Shown here piece after piece: positions 50,771 to 60,323 of a DNA stretch of 64,000 bases. Below the pieces are notes generated by a model. It was not told the origin of the DNA, ran no database searches, and worked only from the letters and a program-made list of their open reading frames with translations. Location: contig CAVYNS010000008.1 in NCBI GenBank assembly GCA_963769975.1, positions 31,686-95,685 of the forward strand, in the 5' to 3' direction. The position numbers were made by a program, and so were the translations under genes. How positions within the stretch are numbered: position 1 is the first letter of the stretch; the number at the start of each line of letters is the position of its first letter. This DNA comes from an uncultured Chloroflexia bacterium (GTDB lineage Bacteria; Chloroflexota; Dehalococcoidia; GIF9; AB-539-J10).

Positions 50771-52546
50771 CTACTTCACAGTCACCGATTTTGCCAGATT
50801 GCGGGGTTTGTCGGGGTTGCATCCTCGATTGACAGCTAGATAATAAGCCAGGAGCTGAAGAGGAACAACGGCGACCATAGGATAGAGTAACTCATCAACT
50901 TTGGGAAGCTTGACCCAGGAATCATAAATGTCGCTTTCCTTGTCGGAGACACCGATAATATAGGCGCCGCGTGATTTAGCCTCCATGGCATTGCTGAGGG
51001 TTTCGGCGAAGGTATAGTCAGCGGGGCAAATAACAACTACTGGTGTACCCGGCTCGATGAGGGCCAAGGTGCCGTGCTTGAGTTCCCCGGCGGGCATACC
51101 TTCAGCATGGATATAGGAAATCTCCTTAAGCTTCAAGGCACCTTCAGAGGCGATGGCGAAGTTAATTCCTCTGGCTACGTAGTAGAAATTGTTTTTGTCT
51201 TTCAGCTTCTGGCTGAGCTTGATAAGCTCGCTTTTGTTGCGGTCCAGAACTTTGGCTATCTCGCCATTCAAGCTGGTAAGTTTAGCTGTCGCTTCATCAA
51301 AAGCGTTAACCATGGAGAAGGACAACAGGTAAAATATAGCTAGCTGGGACAAGAAGGTTTTGGTAGCAGCTACGGCTATCTCAGCACCACAATTGAGGTA
51401 AATGACCTGGTGGCTCAGGTCAGCCAGTATGGAGTTTGGCCGGTTGATTATCGAGATAACTTGAGCTCCAGCATCCCTGGCAGCCTTCACTCCCTCGAGT
51501 ATATCAGCGGTTTCGCCGCTTTGGGAAACGGCGATGACAACGGTGTTTTTGTCTATAGAGTCGGCAAAATAACCGAACTCAGAGGCCATGACGACATCAC
51601 AGAACTTCTTGCCTACCTTGGAAAAGAGGTATCTGCCGACTAGAGCAGCGTAACGAGAGGTGCCACAGGCAGTTATAATCACCTGATTTGCCCTCAGAAT
51701 GTCCAGAGCAATCTTGGTGAATCTCTTCTCGTCCTGACAAGCCGTTTGGCCAAGCACCTGAGCTTGCTCCATTATCTCCTTGAGCATGAAATACTGGTAG
51801 CCCCCTTTATGGCTCTCAGCCCAACTGTGGTCGAGTTTTCTGGTTTGCTTAACCAGCTTGCGTCCTCGGGCATCGAAGAATTCGATTTCTCCTTGTGTTA
51901 GCATCACCACTTCGTTATCTTCCAAACCCATCACCTGATTGGTATATTGCGAGAAAGCTAGGGCGTCGCTACTAACATAGTAGTCAGGAGCGTCAATGCC
52001 CACAATCAAAGGATTACCCCTCCTTGTGCCTACAACCTTGCCGGGGTCGTCAAGGGATATGACCAGGAAGGCATAAGAGCCTTCTAGCTTTGGAGCTATA
52101 TTTAGCACAGCCTGTTCCAGGGAACATCCGTTTTTGAGCTCATCTTCGAGGAGGTGAGGGATGACTTCGGTATCGGTTTCTGAAGTAAACTTGTGTCCTA
52201 TTTTGGTAAGTTTTTGGCGGAGCTCCTGATTATTCTCAACGATGCCATTGTGAACTACAGCCACTCTGCCACCACAATCGGAATGAGGGTGAGCATTGAG
52301 TTGGGTGACACCACCATGGGTTGCCCAGCGAGTATGCCCGATGGCAATAATGCCGGGAAGGCTTGCCAGGTTGTGTTTCTGTATGACTTCGTCAACCTTG
52401 CCGACGTCCTTCTTTATTAGCAACTGGCCATTGGATAAAGAAGCTATGCCTGCTGAATCATAGCCCCGATATTCCAGACGCCTTAAGGCTTCGATGACGA
52501 TGGGAACCGCTGGCTTCTGGCCACAATAGCCAATGATACCGCACAT
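50771..52546 (-). CDS. glmS: Glutamine-fructose-6-phosphate transaminase
   Basis: MCGIIG, GHTRWATHG, SQSGET, PRNLAKSVTV. Confidence 0.96.
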   Translation of the reverse strand: MCGIIGYCGQKPAVPIVIEALRRLEYRGYDSAGIASLSNGQLLIKKDVGKVDEVIQKHNLASLPGIIAIGHTRWATHGGVTQLNAHPHSDCGGRVAVVHNGIVENNQELRQKLTKIGHKFTSETDTEVIPHLLEDELKNGCSLEQAVLNIAPKLEGSYAFLVISLDDPGKVVGTRRGNPLIVGIDAPDYYVSSDALAFSQYTNQVMGLEDNEVVMLTQGEIEFFDARGRKLVKQTRKLDHSWAESHKGGYQYFMLKEIMEQAQVLGQTACQDEKRFTKIALDILRANQVIITACGTSRYAALVGRYLFSKVGKKFCDVVMASEFGYFADSIDKNTVVIAVSQSGETADILEGVKAARDAGAQVISIINRPNSILADLSHQVIYLNCGAEIAVAATKTFLSQLAIFYLLSFSMVNAFDEATAKLTSLNGEIAKVLDRNKSELIKLSQKLKDKNNFYYVARGINFAIASEGALKLKEISYIHAEGMPAGELKHGTLALIEPGTPVVVICPADYTFAETLSNAMEAKSRGAYIIGVSDKESDIYDSWVKLPKVDELLYPMVAVVPLQLLAYYLAVNRGCNPDKPRNLAKSVTVK

Positions 52547-52598
52547 TTTTAATTATCCCTACAATTAATTATATCGCGATTTGGGTTATATTCAACTT

Positions 52599-53924
52599 TC
52601 ATGTCTGGCTCTCTAACTTTCTTAGCAGCTCTATTCTTTTACCTTCGTCGAGTCTTGTTTCGTTGTTCGTTACCTGGTATCGGGACTCAAGCAGAACCAT
52701 CTTATTCGCATCCAAGTCTTGGCGCAAGCATACTTGGGGTCCCAAAAAAGAATCAGGGCCCACTCGAACCCCGGGCATGAGGCTGGCATTTACTCCGATG
52801 CGACAACCTCGACCCACAACTGCCCCCAGTTTATCATAGCCGGTATCTACCAGAATATCACCGACTTCTATCTGGATATTACCTTCGTCGAGTCGGAAGT
52901 TAGCCAGCACAGTGCCAGCGCCTAAAGAGCAATCGTCGTCCACTATGGAATCACCGACATAATTGGAGTGGAACCAGCAGTTATCCCCGATGTAGGAATG
53001 TTTTACCTCAGTGGAATAGCCGACAACGGAGTTGGCACCAATGTGGCTGTAGTCTCGCACCAAGGCGTTATTGCCAATGATGGAGTTTGTCCCAATATAC
53101 ACAGGACCTCGAATCACGGCATTTTCCAATACCTTAACATTATCACTCAGGATAACTTTTCCTTCGATGTTCGCTTTCTCAGAGATGCGGGCGGAAGGGG
53201 CAATATAAGGTTGAGCGTTGTCCAGAAAATACTCCATTACTTTGAAGATATGCCAGGGATATTTTATTGGTGTCCAGAAATCGGTGTAGGGAATTACTTT
53301 GATCTTGTGTCCTGTCTTCACCATATTGTCCAGAGCGCATTCATAGACATCATCCCTGGTAGTTTGTACGGTCTCAATATAGCGCAAAAGCTCTTTCGGG
53401 TTATTATGGCAGTGAATTAGGATATTTACTAGGTTGCTGGGTTCCTCACCGGGATTGGGCTTTTCCACGATATGTAGTAACTCATTTTGAGAATTTACCT
53501 GGAGATAGCCTCCCGGAAAGTATTTCTGGATTTCATAACCCAAGATATAGGAAGAAGCAGAGGTTCTTTTAGCTGCGGCGATGATTTTGGTGTACGCTGA
53601 ACTTGAGAAGACATCATTGGGATTTATGACCAAAAGCTGACCGTGCAAGAAAGGCTCAGCGCTTTTCAGAGCGTCAGCGATGCCTAGCGACTTTTTTTGC
53701 AGACCAAAATCGACTTTTATCCCGGGAATTTTTTTGGTTATTTGCTTTATCTTCGCTATGTTTTCGGGGTTTCCAATGATTACAAAATGACTCAAACCTG
53801 CCTCGCAGGCTACTTCTATTTGATGTTCAAGCAACGGCTTTCCGAGAAAATCAAGGAGAAATTTATCTTCGGTAATGGGGAACATCCTCTTGCCGCGGCC
53901 ACCGCAGAGAAATACGGCTTTCAC
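52599..53924 (-). CDS. Bifunctional sugar-1-P nucleotidylyltransferase/acetyltransferase (archaeal GlmU type)
   Basis: GGRGKRM, EKP, YPW, hexapeptide repeats, YVGDS, KLGAVVG. Confidence 0.85.
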   Translation of the reverse strand: MKAVFLCGGRGKRMFPITEDKFLLDFLGKPLLEHQIEVACEAGLSHFVIIGNPENIAKIKQITKKIPGIKVDFGLQKKSLGIADALKSAEPFLHGQLLVINPNDVFSSSAYTKIIAAAKRTSASSYILGYEIQKYFPGGYLQVNSQNELLHIVEKPNPGEEPSNLVNILIHCHNNPKELLRYIETVQTTRDDVYECALDNMVKTGHKIKVIPYTDFWTPIKYPWHIFKVMEYFLDNAQPYIAPSARISEKANIEGKVILSDNVKVLENAVIRGPVYIGTNSIIGNNALVRDYSHIGANSVVGYSTEVKHSYIGDNCWFHSNYVGDSIVDDDCSLGAGTVLANFRLDEGNIQIEVGDILVDTGYDKLGAVVGRGCRIGVNASLMPGVRVGPDSFLGPQVCLRQDLDANKMVLLESRYQVTNNETRLDEGKRIELLRKLESQT

Positions 53925-55282
53925 CTGCTAGCCTCCACCAGTCTTTGAACTAGTTCTTTGCCTTTGCTTATAAGTTCATCGGTCTGTGTCCGCGACGTTG
54001 ACTCGGAGATTATTCGGATGACAGGCTCGGTGCCACTAGCTCTGAGGAGCATCCAGGAGTCAAGGAAATCCAGCCTCAGGCCGTCAAGAGTATTTATCTC
54101 ATTGGGAGCAAGGAGGTGAGTTTTTTCCTTTACCTGAGCCATGACTAACTCTTTGAGTTCATCAGGACACAAAACCCTTGCTTTTTCGAAGAATAGTCTG
54201 GGAATACCTCGGAAATATTGCCTGATTTCGCTGGCATCGCTTAGCTGACTTAATAAGAAAAGTGAGGCGAAAATGCTATCGGGATAATAACCCGCCTCGG
54301 GGATGATGTAGACGCCTACCTGCTCCACTCCTAAGGCAGCATCGAGCTCCTGGGCTAAATGAGCGACGGCGACATCACCGACCCTGCCTCTGAACACTTC
54401 CACCCCAAGGTCCTTCACTGCCAGGTCAAGAAGAGTTCCAGTTTCTACTGTGGTAGCAATCTTTTTCCTTCCTGTTTTCTTGACAGCCAGTCTTGAGATG
54501 AAGGCGATGGGCTCGTTGAAACCGAGGAAACCTTCTTTATCGCAGAAAACAACGCGGTCGGCATCGCCATCAAAGCAAATAGCTAAGTCAGCGTTATGTT
54601 GCCTCAGGAAATTAACTGTGCCTTGAAGAGTATCCTCCTTGGGCTCAGGACTTCTCCCCGGGAAAAGGCCATCTGGCTCATCGTTTACAGGTATTACGTC
54701 AAGGCCCATCTGGACAAAGATGTCGCTGGCAAACTTGGAAGCAGCGCCATTGCCAGGGTCAACAACTACTTTTAGGTGATGGTTAAATCCTGACCGAGAG
54801 AGCTTGCCTTTAATAAAGGAAATGTATCTTGATTTCATATCTTGCGCTTGCTCCAAAGTTCCTTTCTTCCCTTGGCGGAATTTCTGTTTGAAATAAACTT
54901 TCTCTATCTCTGCTTCTTGAGCCTGGCTATATCCCAGCGAATTCTCGGTGAAGAGCTTGATTCCATTGAACTCGGGTGGATTGTGGGATGCCGTGACCAT
55001 AATTCCAGCGGCGAAGCCCGCTTCCCGGGTGAGTAATGCCAGCGCTGGGGTAGGCAAAATGCCCAAGTCAACTACGTTTATGCCACAGGAAAGCAAGCCC
55101 GCAGTAACCGCTTCCTTAATCATATCCCTGCTTATTCTGGTGTCGGTAGCGATACAAACTGTGGAAGCGGGATGTAGGGTAGTGCCTATGGCTAGGGCAA
55201 CTCGGTGGCACAAATCAGGCGATAAATCCTGGTTGACTACGCCCCGGATGCCACTGGTCCCGAATAGTTTCCTTGTGTGCAT
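53921..55282 (-). CDS. glmM: Phosphoglucosamine mutase / phosphohexomutase
   Basis: FGTSGIRG, TASHNP, DGDADR, RASGTEP; in an operon with glmU and glmS. Confidence 0.8.
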   Translation of the reverse strand: MHTRKLFGTSGIRGVVNQDLSPDLCHRVALAIGTTLHPASTVCIATDTRISRDMIKEAVTAGLLSCGINVVDLGILPTPALALLTREAGFAAGIMVTASHNPPEFNGIKLFTENSLGYSQAQEAEIEKVYFKQKFRQGKKGTLEQAQDMKSRYISFIKGKLSRSGFNHHLKVVVDPGNGAASKFASDIFVQMGLDVIPVNDEPDGLFPGRSPEPKEDTLQGTVNFLRQHNADLAICFDGDADRVVFCDKEGFLGFNEPIAFISRLAVKKTGRKKIATTVETGTLLDLAVKDLGVEVFRGRVGDVAVAHLAQELDAALGVEQVGVYIIPEAGYYPDSIFASLFLLSQLSDASEIRQYFRGIPRLFFEKARVLCPDELKELVMAQVKEKTHLLAPNEINTLDGLRLDFLDSWMLLRASGTEPVIRIISESTSRTQTDELISKGKELVQRLVEASR

Positions 55283-55296
55283 TTCCTATCTGCCCG

Positions 55297-55361
55297 TGTC
55301 ATCCTGAGCGAAGCGAAGGATCTCCGAGATTCTTCGGTCGCTACACTCTCTCAGAATGACA
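55297..55361. repeat. REP-like palindromic element
   Basis: TGTCATCCTGAGCGAAGCGAAGGATCT..AGATTCTTCG..CTCAGAATGACA. Confidence 0.8.
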
Positions 55362-55499
55362 TGAGGAGTGAGTAGTTACATTAAATAGAGGATAGCACGG
55401 AATTAAGTTGTTGGCAATGAGCACACGATGTAATAACATATGTTAAACTATGCTTCCCGGTCGTAAGCTGCGCTGTTTTGGAAACATATAACGACAAGG

Positions 55500-55930
55500 G
55501 AAATAGCTTGGGTTCTGTTAGCCACTGTTTCGCCCGCTAATGAATTAAAGGGGTGGCATTCCATTCGGCATATCTTTGAGGCTAAATCCTTGATTCACTT
55601 TCTTTATGGCGGCCATTGCTAACGCCCTGATATTTTTCACATCTGCTTTGCTTTGCGCCTTTTTACGATAAGTTCCTGTCCCGAATCCCGTCGTTCGATA
55701 AATATCTGAATAGTCTAAAGAAAAGAGGTAAACCGGAAATAGATAAATATCGCTTCTGGAGATTAGTCTTGTTTGTGGCTATGCCCTTGCCTCTCACTGG
55801 AGTGTATACGAGGACTATTTTAGCTTGGCTACTGGATATTGATTGTAAAAAAGTCTCCCTTGTGCTGTTGGGCTGGATGTAATTGTAACTGGGGTCGCAG
55901 TGTTCTTGATAACTCTGGGGGTAACCTGCA
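55500..55930 (+). pseudogene. Disrupted small multidrug export protein (COG2426-like)
   Basis: Fragments in different frames: SPANEL/GGIPFGISLRLNP*, then DKYRFWRLVLFVAMPLPLTGVYT, then VIVTGVAVFLITLG. Confidence 0.7.
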
Positions 55931-56042
55931 TTCAATGAAAACGGAATTTTCAGGGGGTGATTAGATTAAATTCCAACAGGCAATTCAGAAACGATTTTTA
56001 CTCTGGGCGAGCATAACCACAAACCTAAATATGATCGGTAGC

Positions 56043-56080
56043 AAAAGGCTGGGTATCTTTGTGCACAGATACCCAGCCTT
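56043..56080 (-). terminator. Intrinsic terminator after the small Zn-finger gene
   Basis: 14-bp perfect stem AAGGCTGGGTATCT/AGATACCCAGCCTT ending in a short T run on the minus strand. Confidence 0.75.
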
Positions 56081-56121
56081 CCAGTGGTTCTGCCACTCGC
56101 AATATTAGCTTTAACCCTTCC

Positions 56122-56259
56122 CTACTTCCCTATCCTGAACATCTTGGTCCCGCATACGGGACATACGCCTTGAGTAGCCGGCCTGCGGTTCTTCATGATT
56201 ATGTTTCTGGGGTTCTTCATCTCTCTTTTAGCGCGGCACTTCATGCAGTATGCTTGCAT
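56122..56259 (-). CDS. 45-aa basic Zn-ribbon protein (DUF5679-like); not in the ORF track
   Basis: GGAGGTGA RBS; MQAYCMKCRAKREMKNPRNIIMKNRRPATQGVCPVCGTKMFRIGK; own terminator. Confidence 0.85.
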   Translation of the reverse strand: MQAYCMKCRAKREMKNPRNIIMKNRRPATQGVCPVCGTKMFRIGK

Positions 56260-56514
56260 CTGTTCACCTCCCTTTTTGTAAAAGGATAAGCCATCATCAC
56301 TAGAATGTCAATAGTTTTTCCCTAAATTTTCTTTAAATATTGTAAAAAATCTCTTTACTTATGCATATTATTTTCCACTCCAATTCGGGAAAGGAGTTCA
56401 TCAGATGATGGATGCTTTGAAAATTTGATGACCAGAATTTATGAATATGAAAGTCCCATTGGACTAGTCAACTGGTGACAGGTTGGGTTACTTACTTAGA
56501 TAATTTGACCAGAA

Positions 56515-57111
56515 TTAGATGTGAAGTTGTTGGAGCACCTGACGTGCCTTCTGACTTGCTCGGGCGCGGTGGCTGATTTGGTTTTTCACCGCCAACGGAA
56601 GTTCGGCCATAGTTTTACCTATCTCAGGAAGAAAGAAAATAGGGTCATAGCCAAAACCATTTTCCCCCTTAGCCTCAAGGGCAATCATGCCACAACACTC
56701 GCCATAGCATATCTTAGATTGACCTTCTGGAGTAGCTATAACAATGACGCACTTAAAGCAGGCTGTTCGTTTCTTCCAGGGGACGCCGATAAGTTTAGCT
56801 AAGAGAAAGCTCACCCTCTCCGCATCGGTAGCAGCTTCACCAGCGAAGCGGGCTGACTTAAAACCTGGTTCCCCATTGAGGGCATCCACCTCCAGTCCCG
56901 AGTCATCGGCAAGAGCGGTGAGCTGGCTTAATTTGGCGTAGGCGGTGGCTTTTAACCGAGCATTTTGCGCGTAGTTATCCCCCGACTCAGTGACGACTTT
57001 TGCTATTCCTTCTTCGGCCAGCGTGGTTATTTTATAACCAAGACCATCTAGGAGAAAGCGGTATTCCCTGATTTTTCCGGGATTGGAGGTAGCTAGGAGA
57101 AGCTTCGGCAT
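56515..57111 (-). CDS. rdgB: Non-canonical purine NTP pyrophosphatase (RdgB/HAM1)
   Basis: ATSNPGK, DDSGL, GFGYDPIF, SHR. Confidence 0.93.
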   Translation of the reverse strand: MPKLLLATSNPGKIREYRFLLDGLGYKITTLAEEGIAKVVTESGDNYAQNARLKATAYAKLSQLTALADDSGLEVDALNGEPGFKSARFAGEAATDAERVSFLLAKLIGVPWKKRTACFKCVIVIATPEGQSKICYGECCGMIALEAKGENGFGYDPIFFLPEIGKTMAELPLAVKNQISHRARASQKARQVLQQLHI

Positions 57112-57118
57112 TTTGTCA

Positions 57119-58213
57119 TTAGATGTCTTGAAATCTTGATGCCAGCTTCTTTGCTACTTCGGGCATGGTGGTATATTCCATTTCCTCAAGCGGCAGGCGA
57201 TGTGGTTCAAACGGACCCATTCGGCGCAGGAAATCCGCCATAATGTTTGCTTGATGACGAGCCTCATCGAAAGCCGGGTCATCGAAGAGGTCACGAGGCC
57301 CGACAAGCTTACCATTAGCAAGTTGGAAACCAGCAGCTACCACTCGAGGGGGACCGTCGAAGCGGCAGGGGTTGCTTTCTCGAACGGCTACCGGCATTAA
57401 CGGGCCGTGATGGGAGCCTCTCATCCAGCCTTCTACTATGTGAGGAGATGCAAAAGGTTCCAGTATTTCACCCACAGCGGGGAATATTCCTTGGGCGCGA
57501 ATGATGCAGACGGGGTCATCCTTGCCTATGTATCTGCCTGCCATGAGAGATAATCTCTGAGTAGAGGAGACAGCAGCGATTTCACCGCTCTCCTTATGGT
57601 ACACTGCTTTAACGGCATAGCGGCCTGGTGCGCCGAGAAAAACTAGCATGTCGTAAATCTCCTCGGGAGCGTTAAAACTGATTTTTTTGTGCTTTTTGAC
57701 GTCGTGGACTTCAAAGGTGAAGCCAGAGTGCATATTGGAGGCAATAACTAGCCCAATAGTATTGAAAGGGTCAGCAAATATTTTATATAGCGGCAGATTC
57801 CAGGCGCCGGATGCTGTTTTATCTGCCATGAGTATGACTATGGTTTCAGCCTGGCGCTCGGAAAATTGCATCTCAGCCGTACCAGGTCCCATCCCCTTGA
57901 CAGTGCCGGAGAAAGCATCAGATAGAAGGTCCTGCCCGGCACCATGTAGCTTCAAGCGCTTAGCTACATCGGTGCATTCCACAAATGTATCCCAGGCTAA
58001 CTTGTGGATTTTCTCGTTATCTTCACCATGCTGATGGGTCATTATCAACTGAAGGTCGTCGCCACAAACTGTAACGTGATGATCTATGAGCAGCCCCTTA
58101 CCTTGGGCATGTTCCAGTTTTTCCTTAGCTTTTTGTATTACATCGGGATGGCTGGAGGAATGACCAACATAGCCGCCGATGTCTGCTTTGATAATGCTTA
58201 AAGTTAATTCCAT
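57119..58213 (-). CDS. fbp: Bifunctional fructose-1,6-bisphosphate aldolase/phosphatase (class V)
   Basis: IKADIG, GAGQDLL, DPFNT, YIGKDDP, GWMRGSH, RFDGPP. Confidence 0.93.
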   Translation of the reverse strand: MELTLSIIKADIGGYVGHSSSHPDVIQKAKEKLEHAQGKGLLIDHHVTVCGDDLQLIMTHQHGEDNEKIHKLAWDTFVECTDVAKRLKLHGAGQDLLSDAFSGTVKGMGPGTAEMQFSERQAETIVILMADKTASGAWNLPLYKIFADPFNTIGLVIASNMHSGFTFEVHDVKKHKKISFNAPEEIYDMLVFLGAPGRYAVKAVYHKESGEIAAVSSTQRLSLMAGRYIGKDDPVCIIRAQGIFPAVGEILEPFASPHIVEGWMRGSHHGPLMPVAVRESNPCRFDGPPRVVAAGFQLANGKLVGPRDLFDDPAFDEARHQANIMADFLRRMGPFEPHRLPLEEMEYTTMPEVAKKLASRFQDI

Positions 58214-58257
58214 TGCACCCCCCTTGCTTGTAGTTTAACAATGGAAAGGGGTGAACG

Positions 58258-58902
58258 TCAATCTGGGACAAAGATTAGTCCCTCTTCACCATTACCTAAA
58301 GCCTCCACCCTATTTTGATGATAGAGTAAAGCAGTGTAAGCTGCCACCGCAGCATCACACAAGTCATGGTCGAATATGTCTAAATATGGCTTAAGACCAG
58401 GTAGGATGTCTCCTAGCTTGTCTTTGAGGAAGCTCATCCCTTGTTTGGTAGTTTTCAGGGGCACGGTTTTACCAAAGAGGTGGACTTTGCTAGCAAAGGG
58501 ATAGACCTCAATGACTTGACCAACTTGCTTCACCTCGCGGCCAATGCCAGTTTTGAGTTCGATACCTCGGTAGATCAGGTCCTTGATAAAAGTCTTCTTG
58601 CTAGTAGGATAACAAGGAATTCCCTGTTGTCTCAATTCCTGGTCACATTGCCTGTTCTTCCTTGGAAATTTTGGCTGGCAAGGACAACTTTCCTCAAGAC
58701 AGCATAACCCCAGTGGCAAGCTCAAGGGGGCATCAATGGCTATTACTTGAGGTGAATAGAAATTTACCAGAGCGACGATATCTCTATTCTTTGTTAAGAA
58801 GCCAAGGTAAATAAGTTGTGATTGACTATCCAATCCTAAACAAGCGCTCGGTTTGGCTTCTGTCGACGTTAAATCAATGCCTAAAAAAATGGGATACTTC
58901 AC
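58258..58902 (-). CDS. DUF429 RNase H-like protein
   Basis: GIDL, IDAPLSLP, EVYP, DLCDA. Confidence 0.8.
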   Translation of the reverse strand: MKYPIFLGIDLTSTEAKPSACLGLDSQSQLIYLGFLTKNRDIVALVNFYSPQVIAIDAPLSLPLGLCCLEESCPCQPKFPRKNRQCDQELRQQGIPCYPTSKKTFIKDLIYRGIELKTGIGREVKQVGQVIEVYPFASKVHLFGKTVPLKTTKQGMSFLKDKLGDILPGLKPYLDIFDHDLCDAAVAAYTALLYHQNRVEALGNGEEGLIFVPD

Positions 58903-60305
58903 GTTGCTGGAGAAGACTTTTTCCCTGACCGTTTTAATATCTCTCTGGCTGCTATTATACCTGAGGCTGAAGCCTGGACTAAGCCCCGGCTGACACCGGC
59001 GCCATCGCCAGCAGCAAATATGTTACCGATCTCGGTCTCTAAACAAGGGGTTAACTTTAGCCGACTAGAGTAAAATTTAACCTCTATCCCGTAAAGTAAA
59101 GTATATGGAGAAGCAACGCCCGGAACTAGTTTGTCCATAGCCTGAAGCATTTCCACTATACTCTTGAGATAACGATAGGGGAGGGCAAAGCTCAAATCTC
59201 CGGGAGTTGCCGCTTTTAAGCTTGGTTCGATGGGATTATTTTGCAGGCGGGCTTGTGTGGAGCGGCGACCATCCATTAAATCCCCAAATCTCTGCACCAG
59301 CACACCGCCACTAAGGATGTTGGCTAGCCTGGCCAGATACTTACCATAGGCGATAGGTTCATGGAAAGGCTCAGTGAAGGTAGTGCTTACTAAAATGGCA
59401 AAGTTGGTATTTTTTGTCCGAGGTTGGGTATAACCAATGCCATTGACTGTAATCACGGGGTCGGAGCCACCTGTGGACTCCATAATCACCTCACCTCCAG
59501 GACACATGCAGAATGTTCTAACACGGTCATTGAAACTTCGGGAATAAAATTCGAGTTTGGATTCATACAATGTCGAAGTTAGCTTCTCCATGGTTGTCAT
59601 CGGTACTTCGATTCGACAGCCCACGTCTATAGGATTGGAATCAAGGCTTAGTTTAAGCCTTTCGGCTTCATTGCAAAGCCACTCTGCTCCTTCTCTCCCG
59701 GGGGCTAAGATTAAGTAGCGACAGCTTAAGTGTTCACCATGGCTGGTTTCAATAGCTTTGACTGCACCATCATCAACTATAATATTCTCAATTGTTGTTC
59801 CTAGCCTTATGTCTAATTTTGATGACAGATAATTCTGCATAGCTTTCAATGTTTTGCGGCAAAACTCTGTTCCCAGGTGACGCAATTTAACAGGCGTTAA
59901 TGTGAGCCCGGCTGAGGCAGCCTCTCGCTCCAGTTCAGCTGTGTTTTCCCCCATGCCATAGACCTTGAGAGGAGCGCCAAATTTGAGATAAATAGAATCA
60001 ACATAATCTATGAGTGCTTGGGCTTGGGCAGAACCGACCAATTCCTTTAGCCGACCACCTACTTGGGTGGACAAAGTCAGTTTGCCATCGCTAAAGGCAC
60101 CAGCACCTCCAAAGCCGCTGACTAAATGACATGGGGAGCAGAGGGCGCAGCACCCACTTTTGTTTTGAACTGGACAAACACGAGCGTCAATTTCTCTGCC
60201 CTTATCCAGAAGCAAAACATCAAGGCCAGCATTGCATAATTCCAGGCTGGCGAATATACCTGCGGGCCCAGCACCAACTATGGTGACATCATAATTTTTG
60301 GCCAT
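58899..60305 (-). CDS. FAD-dependent oxidoreductase (COG2509-like)
   Basis: GAGPAG, GGAGAFSDGKL, RTFCMCPGG, AGDGAG. Confidence 0.85.
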   Translation of the reverse strand: MAKNYDVTIVGAGPAGIFASLELCNAGLDVLLLDKGREIDARVCPVQNKSGCCALCSPCHLVSGFGGAGAFSDGKLTLSTQVGGRLKELVGSAQAQALIDYVDSIYLKFGAPLKVYGMGENTAELEREAASAGLTLTPVKLRHLGTEFCRKTLKAMQNYLSSKLDIRLGTTIENIIVDDGAVKAIETSHGEHLSCRYLILAPGREGAEWLCNEAERLKLSLDSNPIDVGCRIEVPMTTMEKLTSTLYESKLEFYSRSFNDRVRTFCMCPGGEVIMESTGGSDPVITVNGIGYTQPRTKNTNFAILVSTTFTEPFHEPIAYGKYLARLANILSGGVLVQRFGDLMDGRRSTQARLQNNPIEPSLKAATPGDLSFALPYRYLKSIVEMLQAMDKLVPGVASPYTLLYGIEVKFYSSRLKLTPCLETEIGNIFAAGDGAGVSRGLVQASASGIIAAREILKRSGKKSSPAT

Positions 60306-60323
60306 TGTAATTCCTTCTGAGGA

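Noticed and set aside
55663-56289. Tracked ORFs 55663-55935 (-) and 56059-56289 (+)
   Set aside because: They are antisense shadows of the exporter pseudogene and the Zn-ribbon gene.
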